Below, piece after piece: positions 43,262-52,184 of a DNA stretch of 63,862 nt. The notes beneath the pieces are model-generated. The model did no database searches. It was not told where the DNA came from and was given only the letters and a program-made list of their open reading frames with translations. The stretch comes from an uncultured Collinsella sp. (GTDB lineage Bacteria > Actinomycetota > Coriobacteriia > Coriobacteriales > Coriobacteriaceae): NCBI GenBank assembly GCA_902493915.1, contig CABUQY010000001.1, positions 1 to 63,862 on the forward strand, written 5' to 3'. Both the position numbers and the translations under genes were made by a program. Position 1 is the first letter of the stretch. Every line of letters begins with the position of its first letter.

Positions 43262-44674
43262 TTATGCCTCGTCGTCCTCGTGCAGACGACGGCGATAATC
43301 GGCGGCCCAGCCCTCAATATTTACCTGACGGGCGCGGCCCAGACCGAGTGCGTCGGCCGGGACCGGCTCGGTGATGACGGAGCCGGCGGCCACGAGCGCA
43401 CCGTCGCCAATCTGGGCGGGCGCGACCATCATGGTGTCAGAACCGATGAAGGCATCCTTGCCGATGACGGTCTTGTGCTTGTGGACGCCGTCGTAGTTGC
43501 AGGTGATAGAGCCCGCGCCTACGTTGACGCCGGAGCCCATGGTGGTATCGCCGATGTAGGACAGGTGGGGCACCTTGGAACCCTCGCCGATCGTGGACTT
43601 CTTGATTTCCACGTGCGTACCGGCCTTGGAGCCGTCGAGCATGTGGGTGCCCGGGCGCAGGTAGGCGCGCGGGCCGCAGTCGACGCCGTTCTCGATGACG
43701 GCCTCGATGGCGATGGTCTCATCGATGATGCAGCCGCTGCCGACGGTGGTGTCGGTGAGGCGGCTGTTGGGGCCGAGCTGGCACTCCTCGCCCACGGTGA
43801 CGTGACCGATCAGATGCGTCTGCGGCCACACGACGGTGTCGCGGCCGATGGTGGCGTCGGGACCGATCCAGGCCTGCGTGGGGTCGATGAACGTGACGCC
43901 TTCTGCCATCCAGTGCTCGTTGATGCGGTCGCGCGCGATGGCGGTGAGCTGCGCGAGCTGGATGCGGCTGTTGACGCCCAGGCCGTCGCGGTAGTCGTCG
44001 CAGTGGAAGATGGAGACTGCCTGGCCGTGACCCTTGAGGATTTCGAGCATGTCGGGCAGGTAGTACTCGGACTGCGCGTTGTCGTTGCCGATCTCGTTAA
44101 TGTGGGCGGCAAGCTGCGCGCCGTCGAAGGCGTAGCAGCCGGCGTTGCACTCCAGCAGCGTGGCGGCCTGCTCGGGCGTGCAGTCCTTCTGCTCGATGAT
44201 GCGCTCGATCTGACCATCGGCGCCCAGCTTGATGCGGCCGTAGCCAAAAGGATCGGGCGGGGTCATGGTCATGACGGTGCAGGCGAGCTCGCCGGTGGCG
44301 ACGGTCTGCGCGAACTTGGCGACGGTGTCGGCGGTGATGAGCGGCAGGTCGCCGTTGAGCACGACGACGGGGCCTTGCGCGATGCCGCAGGCCTCGAGCG
44401 CGACCTTGACGGCATGGCCGGTGCCCAGGCGCTCGGTCTGCTCGACGCACTCGACTTTGGTGGCGCTGTTGGCGTAGGCGCCATCGATGAGGGCGCGCAT
44501 CTCGTCGGCGTGGCTGCCGATGACGACCACGACGCGGCTGCAGCCGGCCTTGATGGTGGCGTCGACGATCCACTGAACCATGGGCTTGCCTAGAATCTTG
44601 TGCGAAACCTTGCAGTGGTTCGACTTCATGCGGGTGCCCTCGCCGGCGGCGAGGATAATTGCGGTTGCGTCCAT
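43262..44674 (-). CDS. glmU: Bifunctional UDP-GlcNAc pyrophosphorylase / glucosamine-1-phosphate acetyltransferase
   Basis: ILAAGEGTRMKS, LGTGHAV, EYYLPD, hexapeptide repeats, HLSYIGD, CNYDG; start at the ATG after aggag. Confidence 0.96.
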   Translation of the reverse strand: MDATAIILAAGEGTRMKSNHCKVSHKILGKPMVQWIVDATIKAGCSRVVVVIGSHADEMRALIDGAYANSATKVECVEQTERLGTGHAVKVALEACGIAQGPVVVLNGDLPLITADTVAKFAQTVATGELACTVMTMTPPDPFGYGRIKLGADGQIERIIEQKDCTPEQAATLLECNAGCYAFDGAQLAAHINEIGNDNAQSEYYLPDMLEILKGHGQAVSIFHCDDYRDGLGVNSRIQLAQLTAIARDRINEHWMAEGVTFIDPTQAWIGPDATIGRDTVVWPQTHLIGHVTVGEECQLGPNSRLTDTTVGSGCIIDETIAIEAVIENGVDCGPRAYLRPGTHMLDGSKAGTHVEIKKSTIGEGSKVPHLSYIGDTTMGSGVNVGAGSITCNYDGVHKHKTVIGKDAFIGSDTMMVAPAQIGDGALVAAGSVITEPVPADALGLGRARQVNIEGWAADYRRRLHEDDEA

Positions 44675-44864
44675 GTGATCTCCTGTTACGTTATAGAGAC
44701 GTGTGTTTGGAAACGATACACGGCGCAATATGATACCGCAGGCATATGATGAGCGCGTAACGATTGATGCGCGGCAGCTGAGGCTTGGGCCGGCGGTACG
44801 GCGTTTGCGCTGGTTGTGTATGGTGGCGGCGCTGCGGCGTTGACGTTTGAGCGGGGGGATGGGG

Positions 44865-45758
44865 ATGCCCGTGGACACCATGCGAGAGGAATCGGGCAAC
44901 GAACCCGTCGCGGCATTTTCGATGTCGCATCCGGCGGTGCCGGCGCTCTACATGGTGCTGACGTTGGGGCTCACCATGTTCTCGATGCAACCGGTGCTGA
45001 TTGCGCTATCGCTTGCGGGCGGGTTGGCGTACGGGCTTGCGACGCGCGGTGTTGCGCGCACGTTGGGCGCGCTTCGCTGGCAGCTGCCGGTGATTTTGAT
45101 CATTGCGGTGCTCAATCCGCTGTTTAGTGCATCGGGCTCGACGGAGCTGTTTCGTATTGGCATGCGTGCGGTGTATCTAGAGAGCATGGTTTACGGCCTG
45201 TGCATGGGCGGGCTGTTCGTGGCGAGCGTGCTGTGGTTTGAGGCCGCGGCGTCGATGCTCGAATACGACAAGGTACTTGCGCTTTTGGGCAACGCCGCGC
45301 CGGTGCTCGCGCTCATGATCTCGATGTGCATGCGGCTTATCCCGCAGTTTTTACGCCGCGGTCGTACGGTACTGGCGGTGCAGGATGCGATTGATGTGCC
45401 GGGTCGCGCGCCGGCCGATCCCGTGCGTTCGCGCCTACGGGCATCGAGCGTGTTGATGGGCTGGGGCATGGAAGATTCGCTGGAGCGCGCGGACGCCATG
45501 CGCTCCCGTGGATGGGGCGCCGCGACACGTCGCACGACGTACGCGCGGTATCGGCTGGGTCGCGGCGATGTTGCCGCGCTGGTTGGGCTTGCGGTGTTTG
45601 GTGCCGCTGCGGTGGCGGTGGCATGGACCGCGACAACGCAGTATTCGTTTTACCCGCAACTATCGGTGCCGGCGCCGTGGCTGGGCTATGTCGTGTACGC
45701 TGCCTGGATGATGCTGCCCTGCGTGTTGCATGCGATCGATGAGAAGAGGTTCGGCTGA
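44865..45758 (+). CDS. ECF transporter T component
   Basis: HP motif, NPLFSASG, MRLIP, ADAMRSRGWG; start uncertain. Confidence 0.85.
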   Translation: MPVDTMREESGNEPVAAFSMSHPAVPALYMVLTLGLTMFSMQPVLIALSLAGGLAYGLATRGVARTLGALRWQLPVILIIAVLNPLFSASGSTELFRIGMRAVYLESMVYGLCMGGLFVASVLWFEAAASMLEYDKVLALLGNAAPVLALMISMCMRLIPQFLRRGRTVLAVQDAIDVPGRAPADPVRSRLRASSVLMGWGMEDSLERADAMRSRGWGAATRRTTYARYRLGRGDVAALVGLAVFGAAAVAVAWTATTQYSFYPQLSVPAPWLGYVVYAAWMMLPCVLHAIDEKRFG

Positions 45759-47401
45759 TGGCTCGGTTGGATAGGGGACCGGTGTCGGGCGCGGCATACG
45801 GCCCGGATATGCCGGCGATTGAGGTGCGGAGCCTGAGCTTTGCCTACCCCGATGCGGATGCTGCGGTGCTCGAGGGACTCGACTGGTCTGTTCCCCAAGG
45901 TGCATTTGCGCTGCTTGTCGGCGGTACCGGATCGGGTAAGTCGACGTTGCTGTCGCTACTCAAGCCCGAGATCGCTCCGGCGGGCGAGCGCACTGGCGAA
46001 CTGCTCGTGCTGGGCGAGAACGTCGCCGACATGGATGTGCGGGCATCGGCGGAGCGCGTGGGCTATGTGTTCCAGGATCCCGAGAACCAGATCGTGTGCG
46101 AAACCGTGTGGCACGAGATGGCGTTTGGCCTGGAAAACTTGGGGCTAGCGCGTGATGAGATGCGCCGTCGCGTAGCTGAGACCAGCTATTTCTTTGGGCT
46201 GGAAGATTGGCTTCACCGCGATACTGACACGCTTTCGGGCGGTCGCAAACAGTTGCTGTCGTTGGCGGCCGTTCTGACGCTGCGCCCGCGCGTGCTGCTG
46301 CTCGACGAGCCCACGTCTCAGCTTGATCCGGTTGCGGAGAAGAATTTCCTGCACGCGCTGTTTCGTGTGAATCGCGAGCTGGGCTGCACGGTTGTTGTGG
46401 CGACGCATCAGCCGCGCCCAATGCTCGAATACGCGACGTGTGCGTACCGGATTGAGGACGGTCGCGTGCGCGAGGTGGCGGATATGGCTTCTTTGGGACG
46501 CCGAGAATCGCTGTTTTCCGATGACATGTTGGGGTGGGGTGCCATCCGATGTGCAAATAAAGGAGTATTCAGCAGGCGTGAGGACAATTTGGGCTCTCTG
46601 GAGCCGCCCGGGGACGTATCGAGCGCGAAAAAAAGTTCGGAATTGGACAAATCGTCCGAATTTGTGGCGCAAACGTCGCTCGAGAACGGCTCGGAAGCCT
46701 TCTCGCGCACGGATGGAAGCAGAATACTCCAAAAAATGCACGGCGGGTCGGCTACCACCCTGTCGGAAGGCTGGTTTCGCTACGATCGAGCGTCCGGCTG
46801 GGTGCTGCGCGGGCTCGATGCTTCGTTTTCGGCTGGCGCGGTGCATGCAATCGTGGGCGGCAACGGATGCGGTAAGTCGACGATGCTCTCGGTGCTGGCG
46901 AAGACCGCCAAGCTGCAGCGCGGCCGCATGGTGCGCGAAGCGGCCTCGGCGGCGCTGCTGCCACAGAATCCCAAGGCATTGCTGGTTGCCGAGACGGTTC
47001 GCGATGAGCTGATGGAATGGGCCTCGACCTGCGGATACGACGAGGCCGCAGCACGGGAGCAGACAGCGCGCCTGGGTCTGGCGGGCTTGGAGGCGCGTCA
47101 CCCGTACGATCTTTCGGGCGGTCAGTGCCAGCTGCTTGCGTTGGCAAAGCTGCTGTTGATTGGCCCCGAGCTGCTATTGCTCGATGAGCCCACCAAGGGT
47201 TTGGACCTGGCCAGCCGCCGCATCATCGCCCGTGCCCTGCGTGACCATGCGAAGGCTGGCGGCACCGTCATCATGGCTACGCACGATTTGGACTTTGCCG
47301 AGCAGGTAGCCGACGACGTCGCCATGATGTTTGACGGCGAGATTGCCTGCGTGGAGCCCCCGGCCGACTTCTTTGCCGACAACGTGTTCTATAGGGCGTG
47401 A
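45758..47401 (+). CDS. ECF transporter duplicated ATPase (A-A')
   Basis: Two Walker A motifs (GGTGSGKST, GGNGCGKST), FQDPENQI, two LDEPT motifs. Confidence 0.9.
   Translation: MARLDRGPVSGAAYGPDMPAIEVRSLSFAYPDADAAVLEGLDWSVPQGAFALLVGGTGSGKSTLLSLLKPEIAPAGERTGELLVLGENVADMDVRASAERVGYVFQDPENQIVCETVWHEMAFGLENLGLARDEMRRRVAETSYFFGLEDWLHRDTDTLSGGRKQLLSLAAVLTLRPRVLLLDEPTSQLDPVAEKNFLHALFRVNRELGCTVVVATHQPRPMLEYATCAYRIEDGRVREVADMASLGRRESLFSDDMLGWGAIRCANKGVFSRREDNLGSLEPPGDVSSAKKSSELDKSSEFVAQTSLENGSEAFSRTDGSRILQKMHGGSATTLSEGWFRYDRASGWVLRGLDASFSAGAVHAIVGGNGCGKSTMLSVLAKTAKLQRGRMVREAASAALLPQNPKALLVAETVRDELMEWASTCGYDEAAAREQTARLGLAGLEARHPYDLSGGQCQLLALAKLLLIGPELLLLDEPTKGLDLASRRIIARALRDHAKAGGTVIMATHDLDFAEQVADDVAMMFDGEIACVEPPADFFADNVFYRA
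46551..46741. repeat. Palindromic ~190-bp element inside the ATPase linker
   Basis: gtgca-N6-ggagtattc-a-gc ... gc-a-gaatactcc-N6-tgcac, with a central aagttcgga/tccgaattt dyad. Confidence 0.6.
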
Positions 47402-47405
47402 TGGG

Positions 47406-48119
47406 ATGACGGACTGTCGTTTCTCGCGTTTACTCACAAAACTGGAGATTCCGCTGTTGTTGGCGGTGCCGGCGGTGATGGCAACGGCGTTGCTGGCGGG
47501 CGTTGAGCAGGCGGCGCTCGCCATGCTTGTCGTGGTGGCGCTGGTGCTTGCGCTGTTCTTTGCAGGCTACGAGGCGTCGCGACCGGGCCTGCGCCAGATT
47601 ATGCCCACGCTGGTGCTGGCGGCGCTGGCGGCGGCGGGCCGCATCTTGTTCGGCCCCATTCCCGACTTTAAACCCGTGAGCGCCATCGCCATCATCGCCG
47701 GGGCGACGCTCGGGCGTCGCAACGGCTTCATGGTCGGCGCGTTGGCAGCACTGACCAGCAATTTCTTTTTTGGGCAGGGCATGTGGACGCCATGGCAGAT
47801 GTATGCCTGGGGCCTGGTTGGCTATGTTGGCGGTGCGCTGGCGCATGCCGGTGCGTTCGACCGTGCGGATGGAACCGTGCGCATGCCGGCGCTGATGGCG
47901 TACGGCTTTGCTTCGGGTCTGCTGTACGGCGTGGTGATCAACGCGTACGACATTATCGGTTTTGTACAACCGCTCACGTGGGCGGGCGTCGTGGCGCGTC
48001 TTGCCACGGCAGTGCCGTTCGATATCACACACGGCCTCGCGACCTGCGTGTTCTTGGCCGCCCTCTACAAGCCTTGGTGTCGACGGATCAACCGCGTTGT
48101 CGTGAAATACGGGCTGTAG
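47406..48119 (+). CDS. ECF transporter S component (CbrT-like, possibly corrinoid uptake)
   Basis: PDFKPVSAIAIIAG, SNFFFGQGMWTPWQMYAWG; operonic with the T and A components. Confidence 0.8.
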   Translation: MTDCRFSRLLTKLEIPLLLAVPAVMATALLAGVEQAALAMLVVVALVLALFFAGYEASRPGLRQIMPTLVLAALAAAGRILFGPIPDFKPVSAIAIIAGATLGRRNGFMVGALAALTSNFFFGQGMWTPWQMYAWGLVGYVGGALAHAGAFDRADGTVRMPALMAYGFASGLLYGVVINAYDIIGFVQPLTWAGVVARLATAVPFDITHGLATCVFLAALYKPWCRRINRVVVKYGL

Positions 48120-48160
48120 GGCTGGTTGCGCCGGGGCGTGAATCAATACTTCCGAAGTAC

Positions 48161-48324
48161 CATTTCAAAACTATGCCGGTTTACGGGGCTAGATTAGCGT
48201 AGGCCGACCATACCGGCTTTTTTCAAAATAGAGCAAGCCGTTTACCTGAGGTTTTATTATTTCGGAATTGCGTATGGTTGGGGGTTCGCGATTCAGCCCC
48301 GTAAACCGGCATAGTTTTGGAATG
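48161..48324. mobile_element. MITE-like element, family B
   Basis: 30-bp TIRs catttcaaaactatgccggtttacggggct / agccccgtaaaccggcatagttttggaatg; inverted homologue at 63431-63583. Confidence 0.85.
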
Positions 48325-48350
48325 GCCGGCTGATATGACGGGCATCGTGG

Positions 48351-48391
48351 CCCTCAGAGAGCCAAATCGATCCGTTTTCCTCCGTCTCCAG
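48351..48391. repeat. Repeat family D
   Basis: ccctc...gatccgttttcctccgtctccag; relatives at 48600-48647 and, inverted, at 63611-63658. Confidence 0.65.
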
Positions 48392-48421
48392 ACGTTCCCG
48401 GGGAATCAGTTGGCGGCGCTT

Positions 48422-48581
48422 GCCACGAAACTGGCCCATCTACTACGTTTAGCTTGATACCCCCGACCATGACCGCGTTTTATGAAAAACCGCAGGCTTT
48501 CTACCTGCGGTTTTCTTTTTGCGTTGTTCGCTGTGGTTGAGGGTAGTGGCTTAAACGTAGTAGATGGGTCAGTTCCGTGGC
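48422..48581. mobile_element. MITE-like element, family C (160 bp)
   Basis: TIRs gccacgaaactggcccatctactacgttta / taaacgtagtagatgggtcagttccgtggc; central aaaaccgcagg/cctgcggtttt dyad. Confidence 0.85.
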
Positions 48582-48599
48582 GGGAGGGCCGCGTGGGTT

Positions 48600-48647
48600 C
48601 CCTCGCGAGGTGAAAATGATCCCTTTTCCTCCGTCCCCAGGGGATCA
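48600..48647. repeat. Repeat family D (GGGGACGG-loop hairpin on the minus strand)
   Basis: tgatccc-ttttcctccgtccccag-gggatca. Confidence 0.7.
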
Positions 48648-48654
48648 ATTGGGG

Positions 48655-49473
48655 CTAGAGTTCTAGCGTGAGGGTGACGGGGCAGTGGTCGCTGCCAAAG
48701 ATGTCGCCGCGGATGCCGGTGTCGCGTACGTTGTCGGCGATTGCGTCGCTCACCAGGAAATAATCGATGCGCCAGCCGGCGTTGTTCTTGCGAGCATTAA
48801 AGCGGTAGCTCCACCAGCTGTAGACGCCCTCGACGTCGGGGTTTGCCGCGCGCCAGGTATCGGTGAAGCCGGCGTTGAGCAGCTCGGTAAACTTGCCGCG
48901 TTCTTCGTCCGAAAAGCCCGCGTTGCCGCGGTTGGACTTGGGGTTCTTAAGGTCGATCTCCTCGTGCGCCACGTTAAAGTCGCCGCAAGTTACGACGGGC
49001 TTGCCGCTCTCGCGCTCAAGCGCGCTCAAAAAGCCGCGATAGGCATCGTCCCAGGCCATGCGCACATCGATGCGCGCGAGTTCGTTTTGCGCGTTGGGCG
49101 TATAGACGTCAACAAACCAAAACTTGTCGAACTCGAGCGCGCAGACGCGGCCCTCGGTCGCGGCTTGGGCAACGAGCTCGGCAGCCTCGCCTTCGCCGGC
49201 GTAGGACAGCAGCGCAGCGGCGTGCAGCACGCGTAGCGGTTCCTGGCGGCTAAAGACCGCGGTGCCCGAATAGCCTTTACGCTCGGCGTAGCTCCAGGTT
49301 TGGTGATAGCCGGGCAGGTCAATATCGACCTGGCCTTCTTGCAGCTTGGTCTCTTGCAGCGCCAGGATATCGACGTCGAGTTCTTGCGCGATCTGGATAA
49401 AGCTCGGGTCCTTTTTTAGCACGGCGCGCAGGCCGTTGACGTTCCACGAGGCGAAAGTGTAAGTCTGAGGCAT
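48655..49473 (-). CDS. xth: Exodeoxyribonuclease III
   Basis: SWNVNGLRA, LQETK, GDFNVAH, YSWWSYR, GWRIDY, SDHCP. Confidence 0.96.
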   Translation of the reverse strand: MPQTYTFASWNVNGLRAVLKKDPSFIQIAQELDVDILALQETKLQEGQVDIDLPGYHQTWSYAERKGYSGTAVFSRQEPLRVLHAAALLSYAGEGEAAELVAQAATEGRVCALEFDKFWFVDVYTPNAQNELARIDVRMAWDDAYRGFLSALERESGKPVVTCGDFNVAHEEIDLKNPKSNRGNAGFSDEERGKFTELLNAGFTDTWRAANPDVEGVYSWWSYRFNARKNNAGWRIDYFLVSDAIADNVRDTGIRGDIFGSDHCPVTLTLEL

Positions 49474-49587
49474 GGTGTCCTTTCGACGGGGTTGGCAGGC
49501 TTAAGATTAGCGCAACGGGGGCGGGGTGGGCTCCGTGGGCGACGGCGCAATCGCGGCCGCCCCGACCAACATGGACGGAGGACAAAC

Positions 49588-50340
49588 ATGACGCAAGCGA
49601 TAACAGATCCCAGGCAGGCCTCCGCCGCGCTGGCGGAGCTGTTCAATACCCACGAGCGCGTGGTGTTCTTTGGCGGCGCTGGTGTTTCCACGGCAAGCGG
49701 CATTCCCGATTTTCGCAGCGTGGACGGCCTGTATCACCAGCAGTTTGCCTATCCGCCCGAGACCATGCTGTCGCATAGCTTTTACGAGGCGCATCCGGCC
49801 GAGTTCTTCGACTTTTACCGCACCAAGATGATCGCGCTTAACGCTAAGCCCAACCGCTGCCACACCAAGCTGGCCGAGCTGGAGCGCGCCGGCAAGCTCG
49901 ACGCCGTGGTGACGCAAAACATCGACGGCCTGCATCAGATGGCCGGCTCACAGCGCGTGTTCGAGCTGCACGGATCGGTCCATCGCAACATTTGCCAGTC
50001 GTGCGGCGCGGTCTATAGCGCCGAGTGGATTTGCTCGCGCGAGCACGAGGATGCCGCGGGCGTGCCTGCGTGCCCCGCGTGCGGCGGCCGCATCAAGCCC
50101 GATGTAGTGCTCTACGAAGAGCCGCTCGACGAGCATGTGTTGACCGGTGCCGTTGCCGCCATCGCCGCCGCCGATGCCCTCATTGTGGGCGGGACCTCGC
50201 TCGTGGTGTATCCGGCGGCAGGCCTTACGCGATACTTTACCGGCGATACGCTGGCCATATGCAACCTTGCTCCCACCGATCAGGATGCAAATGCCGACCT
50301 GCTGATTTCTTGCGACATCGCGGCCGCGTTTGCGTTCTAG
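49588..50340 (+). CDS. cobB: NAD-dependent protein deacylase (sirtuin)
   Basis: GAGVSTASGIPDFRS, TQNIDGLH, HGS, two CxxC motifs, GTSLVVYPAA. Confidence 0.92.
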   Translation: MTQAITDPRQASAALAELFNTHERVVFFGGAGVSTASGIPDFRSVDGLYHQQFAYPPETMLSHSFYEAHPAEFFDFYRTKMIALNAKPNRCHTKLAELERAGKLDAVVTQNIDGLHQMAGSQRVFELHGSVHRNICQSCGAVYSAEWICSREHEDAAGVPACPACGGRIKPDVVLYEEPLDEHVLTGAVAAIAAADALIVGGTSLVVYPAAGLTRYFTGDTLAICNLAPTDQDANADLLISCDIAAAFAF

Positions 50341-50435
50341 CCCGCGCGCGCGGATACAATAGAAAGACTGAGTGCAAAGCGACCCCGCCGCCAGCTCCCC
50401 AGACTCGGCGGCGTGGGCATTTTAGGAGGATGTTC

Positions 50436-52184
50436 ATGGCGAACGACAGCAAGACATGGCGGTGCGGAAAGTACGAGCTCAGCTTTGACCGTCCGCGCAT
50501 CATGGGCGTCCTCAACGTGACGCCCGATTCGTTTAGCGATGGCGGGGAGCACTTCGATCCGGATGCCGCCATCGAGTACGGCCTGGCGATGCTCGACGCC
50601 GGCGCCGACATCATCGACGTGGGCGGCGAGTCCACGCGCCCCGGCTTTACCCCGGTCAACCCCGACGAGGAGGCTCGCCGCGTGCTGCCCGTGGTGCGCG
50701 CGCTGGCCAAGGAGGGCGCCATCGTCTCGATCGACACGCGTCATGTGGCGGTTGCCAAGGCGGCCGTGCGCTGCGGCGCCTCGATCGTCAACGACGTGAC
50801 CGGCTTCACCGATCCCAAGATGGTCGAGTTTGTTAAGACGAGCACCTGCGGCATCATCGTGATGCATGCCGGCGAGGTCGCCGCACCCGCCCGCACGCAC
50901 GCGACGGTGCAGCTCGATACCTCGGCTGCGGCGTTTGTTGCCGAGAAGGCACGCGAAGCGGCTGCCGAGGCCGCGCGCGAGGCCGAGAAGCCGGCCCGTC
51001 GCCGTCGTGGCAAGTTGCTGGGCGAGCCTAAGCCGGAGGCCAAGCTTCCGGGCGGCGTGGTGCAGCCCTCGTTGCCGTTTGGCGAACCGGAGCCCACGTC
51101 CGAGCCTGTAACCGAGCTGGGGCAGGAGACGCCGGCCGCCGAGCAGGCAGCTGCCGCCGAGACCGTCGCGCCCGCGCCCGAGGCCGCGTCCGCAGCCACC
51201 GAGGCCGCATCGGAGTCCAATGACCGCCTGGCCGCCATGATGCGCCGCAGCGCCCGCCGCGAGGAGGCCTATGTGCCCACCTCGCAGCTCCGCCGCTTTA
51301 CCCTGCCCGATTCTGCGCCCATCATGCGCCGCGTCATGGGCTTTCTGTCCGACCAGGCCCGCACGCTCATCCATGCCGGCGTGTCGCGCGACCGCATCTG
51401 CATCGATCCTGGCCCGGGCTTTGGTAAGTCGGCTAACGAGGACATCGTCATCCAGCGCGAGACTGCCAAGATGGCGTCACTGGGCTATCCGCTCATGTGT
51501 GCCGTGTCGCGCAAGCGCTTTGTGGGCGCCGTCTCGGGCGTGACCGAGGCCGCCGAGCGCGATGCCGCTACGTTTGGCGTGTGCCTGGGCGCCATCCAGG
51601 CCGGTGCCAACATCGTGCGCGTGCACGACGCCGCGGGTTTTGCGCAGTTCCTGAACGGCTACTGGGCGGTTGCCAAGCCACAGCCGCGCCGCGCGTTTGT
51701 GGCCGTGGGCTCCAACCTGGGGCATCGCTGCGACAACATCCGCGCCGCACGCGAGATGATCGCCGAGATTCCACTCACCTGCGTGTCCAACTCCTCCAAG
51801 ATTTACGAGAGCGAGCCGGCCTACGAGACGCGCCAGGACGCGTTTGCCAACGCCGTCATCGAGATCAAGACCGAGCTGGCGCCGCTGGTGCTGCTCGATG
51901 AGCTCATGAAGATCGAGGCCGAGCTGGGGCGCGACCGCTCCAAGAAGGCCAAGGCCAACGGTCCGCGCACCATCGACCTGGACCTGCTGTGGATGGATGG
52001 CGAGACCCACGGCGGCAAAAAGCTGCGCCTGCCGCATCCTCTCATTGGCGAGCGCGACTTTGTGCTGGTGCCGCTCGAGGACCTGATGCACGACCCGGCG
52101 CGGTTCTTCCGCTACAACGGTGTCGAGGTCAAGGAGCCCGAGGACCGCGTGGGCCATATCGTGGGCGAATTGGGGCGTATGTAG
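50436..52184 (+). CDS. folP: Dihydropteroate synthase fused to C-terminal HPPK (FolP-FolK)
   Basis: MGVLNVTPDSFSDGG, DVGGESTRPG, DPGPGFGK, SRKRF, RVHD; then VGSNLG, GPRTIDLDLL, LPHP..ERDFVLVPL. Confidence 0.92.
   Translation: MANDSKTWRCGKYELSFDRPRIMGVLNVTPDSFSDGGEHFDPDAAIEYGLAMLDAGADIIDVGGESTRPGFTPVNPDEEARRVLPVVRALAKEGAIVSIDTRHVAVAKAAVRCGASIVNDVTGFTDPKMVEFVKTSTCGIIVMHAGEVAAPARTHATVQLDTSAAAFVAEKAREAAAEAAREAEKPARRRRGKLLGEPKPEAKLPGGVVQPSLPFGEPEPTSEPVTELGQETPAAEQAAAAETVAPAPEAASAATEAASESNDRLAAMMRRSARREEAYVPTSQLRRFTLPDSAPIMRRVMGFLSDQARTLIHAGVSRDRICIDPGPGFGKSANEDIVIQRETAKMASLGYPLMCAVSRKRFVGAVSGVTEAAERDAATFGVCLGAIQAGANIVRVHDAAGFAQFLNGYWAVAKPQPRRAFVAVGSNLGHRCDNIRAAREMIAEIPLTCVSNSSKIYESEPAYETRQDAFANAVIEIKTELAPLVLLDELMKIEAELGRDRSKKAKANGPRTIDLDLLWMDGETHGGKKLRLPHPLIGERDFVLVPLEDLMHDPARFFRYNGVEVKEPEDRVGHIVGELGRM

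Noticed and set aside
44700..44860. Cobalamin riboswitch upstream of the CbrT-like ECF operon
   Set aside because: No B12-box or conserved core was seen in the short divergent intergenic region.
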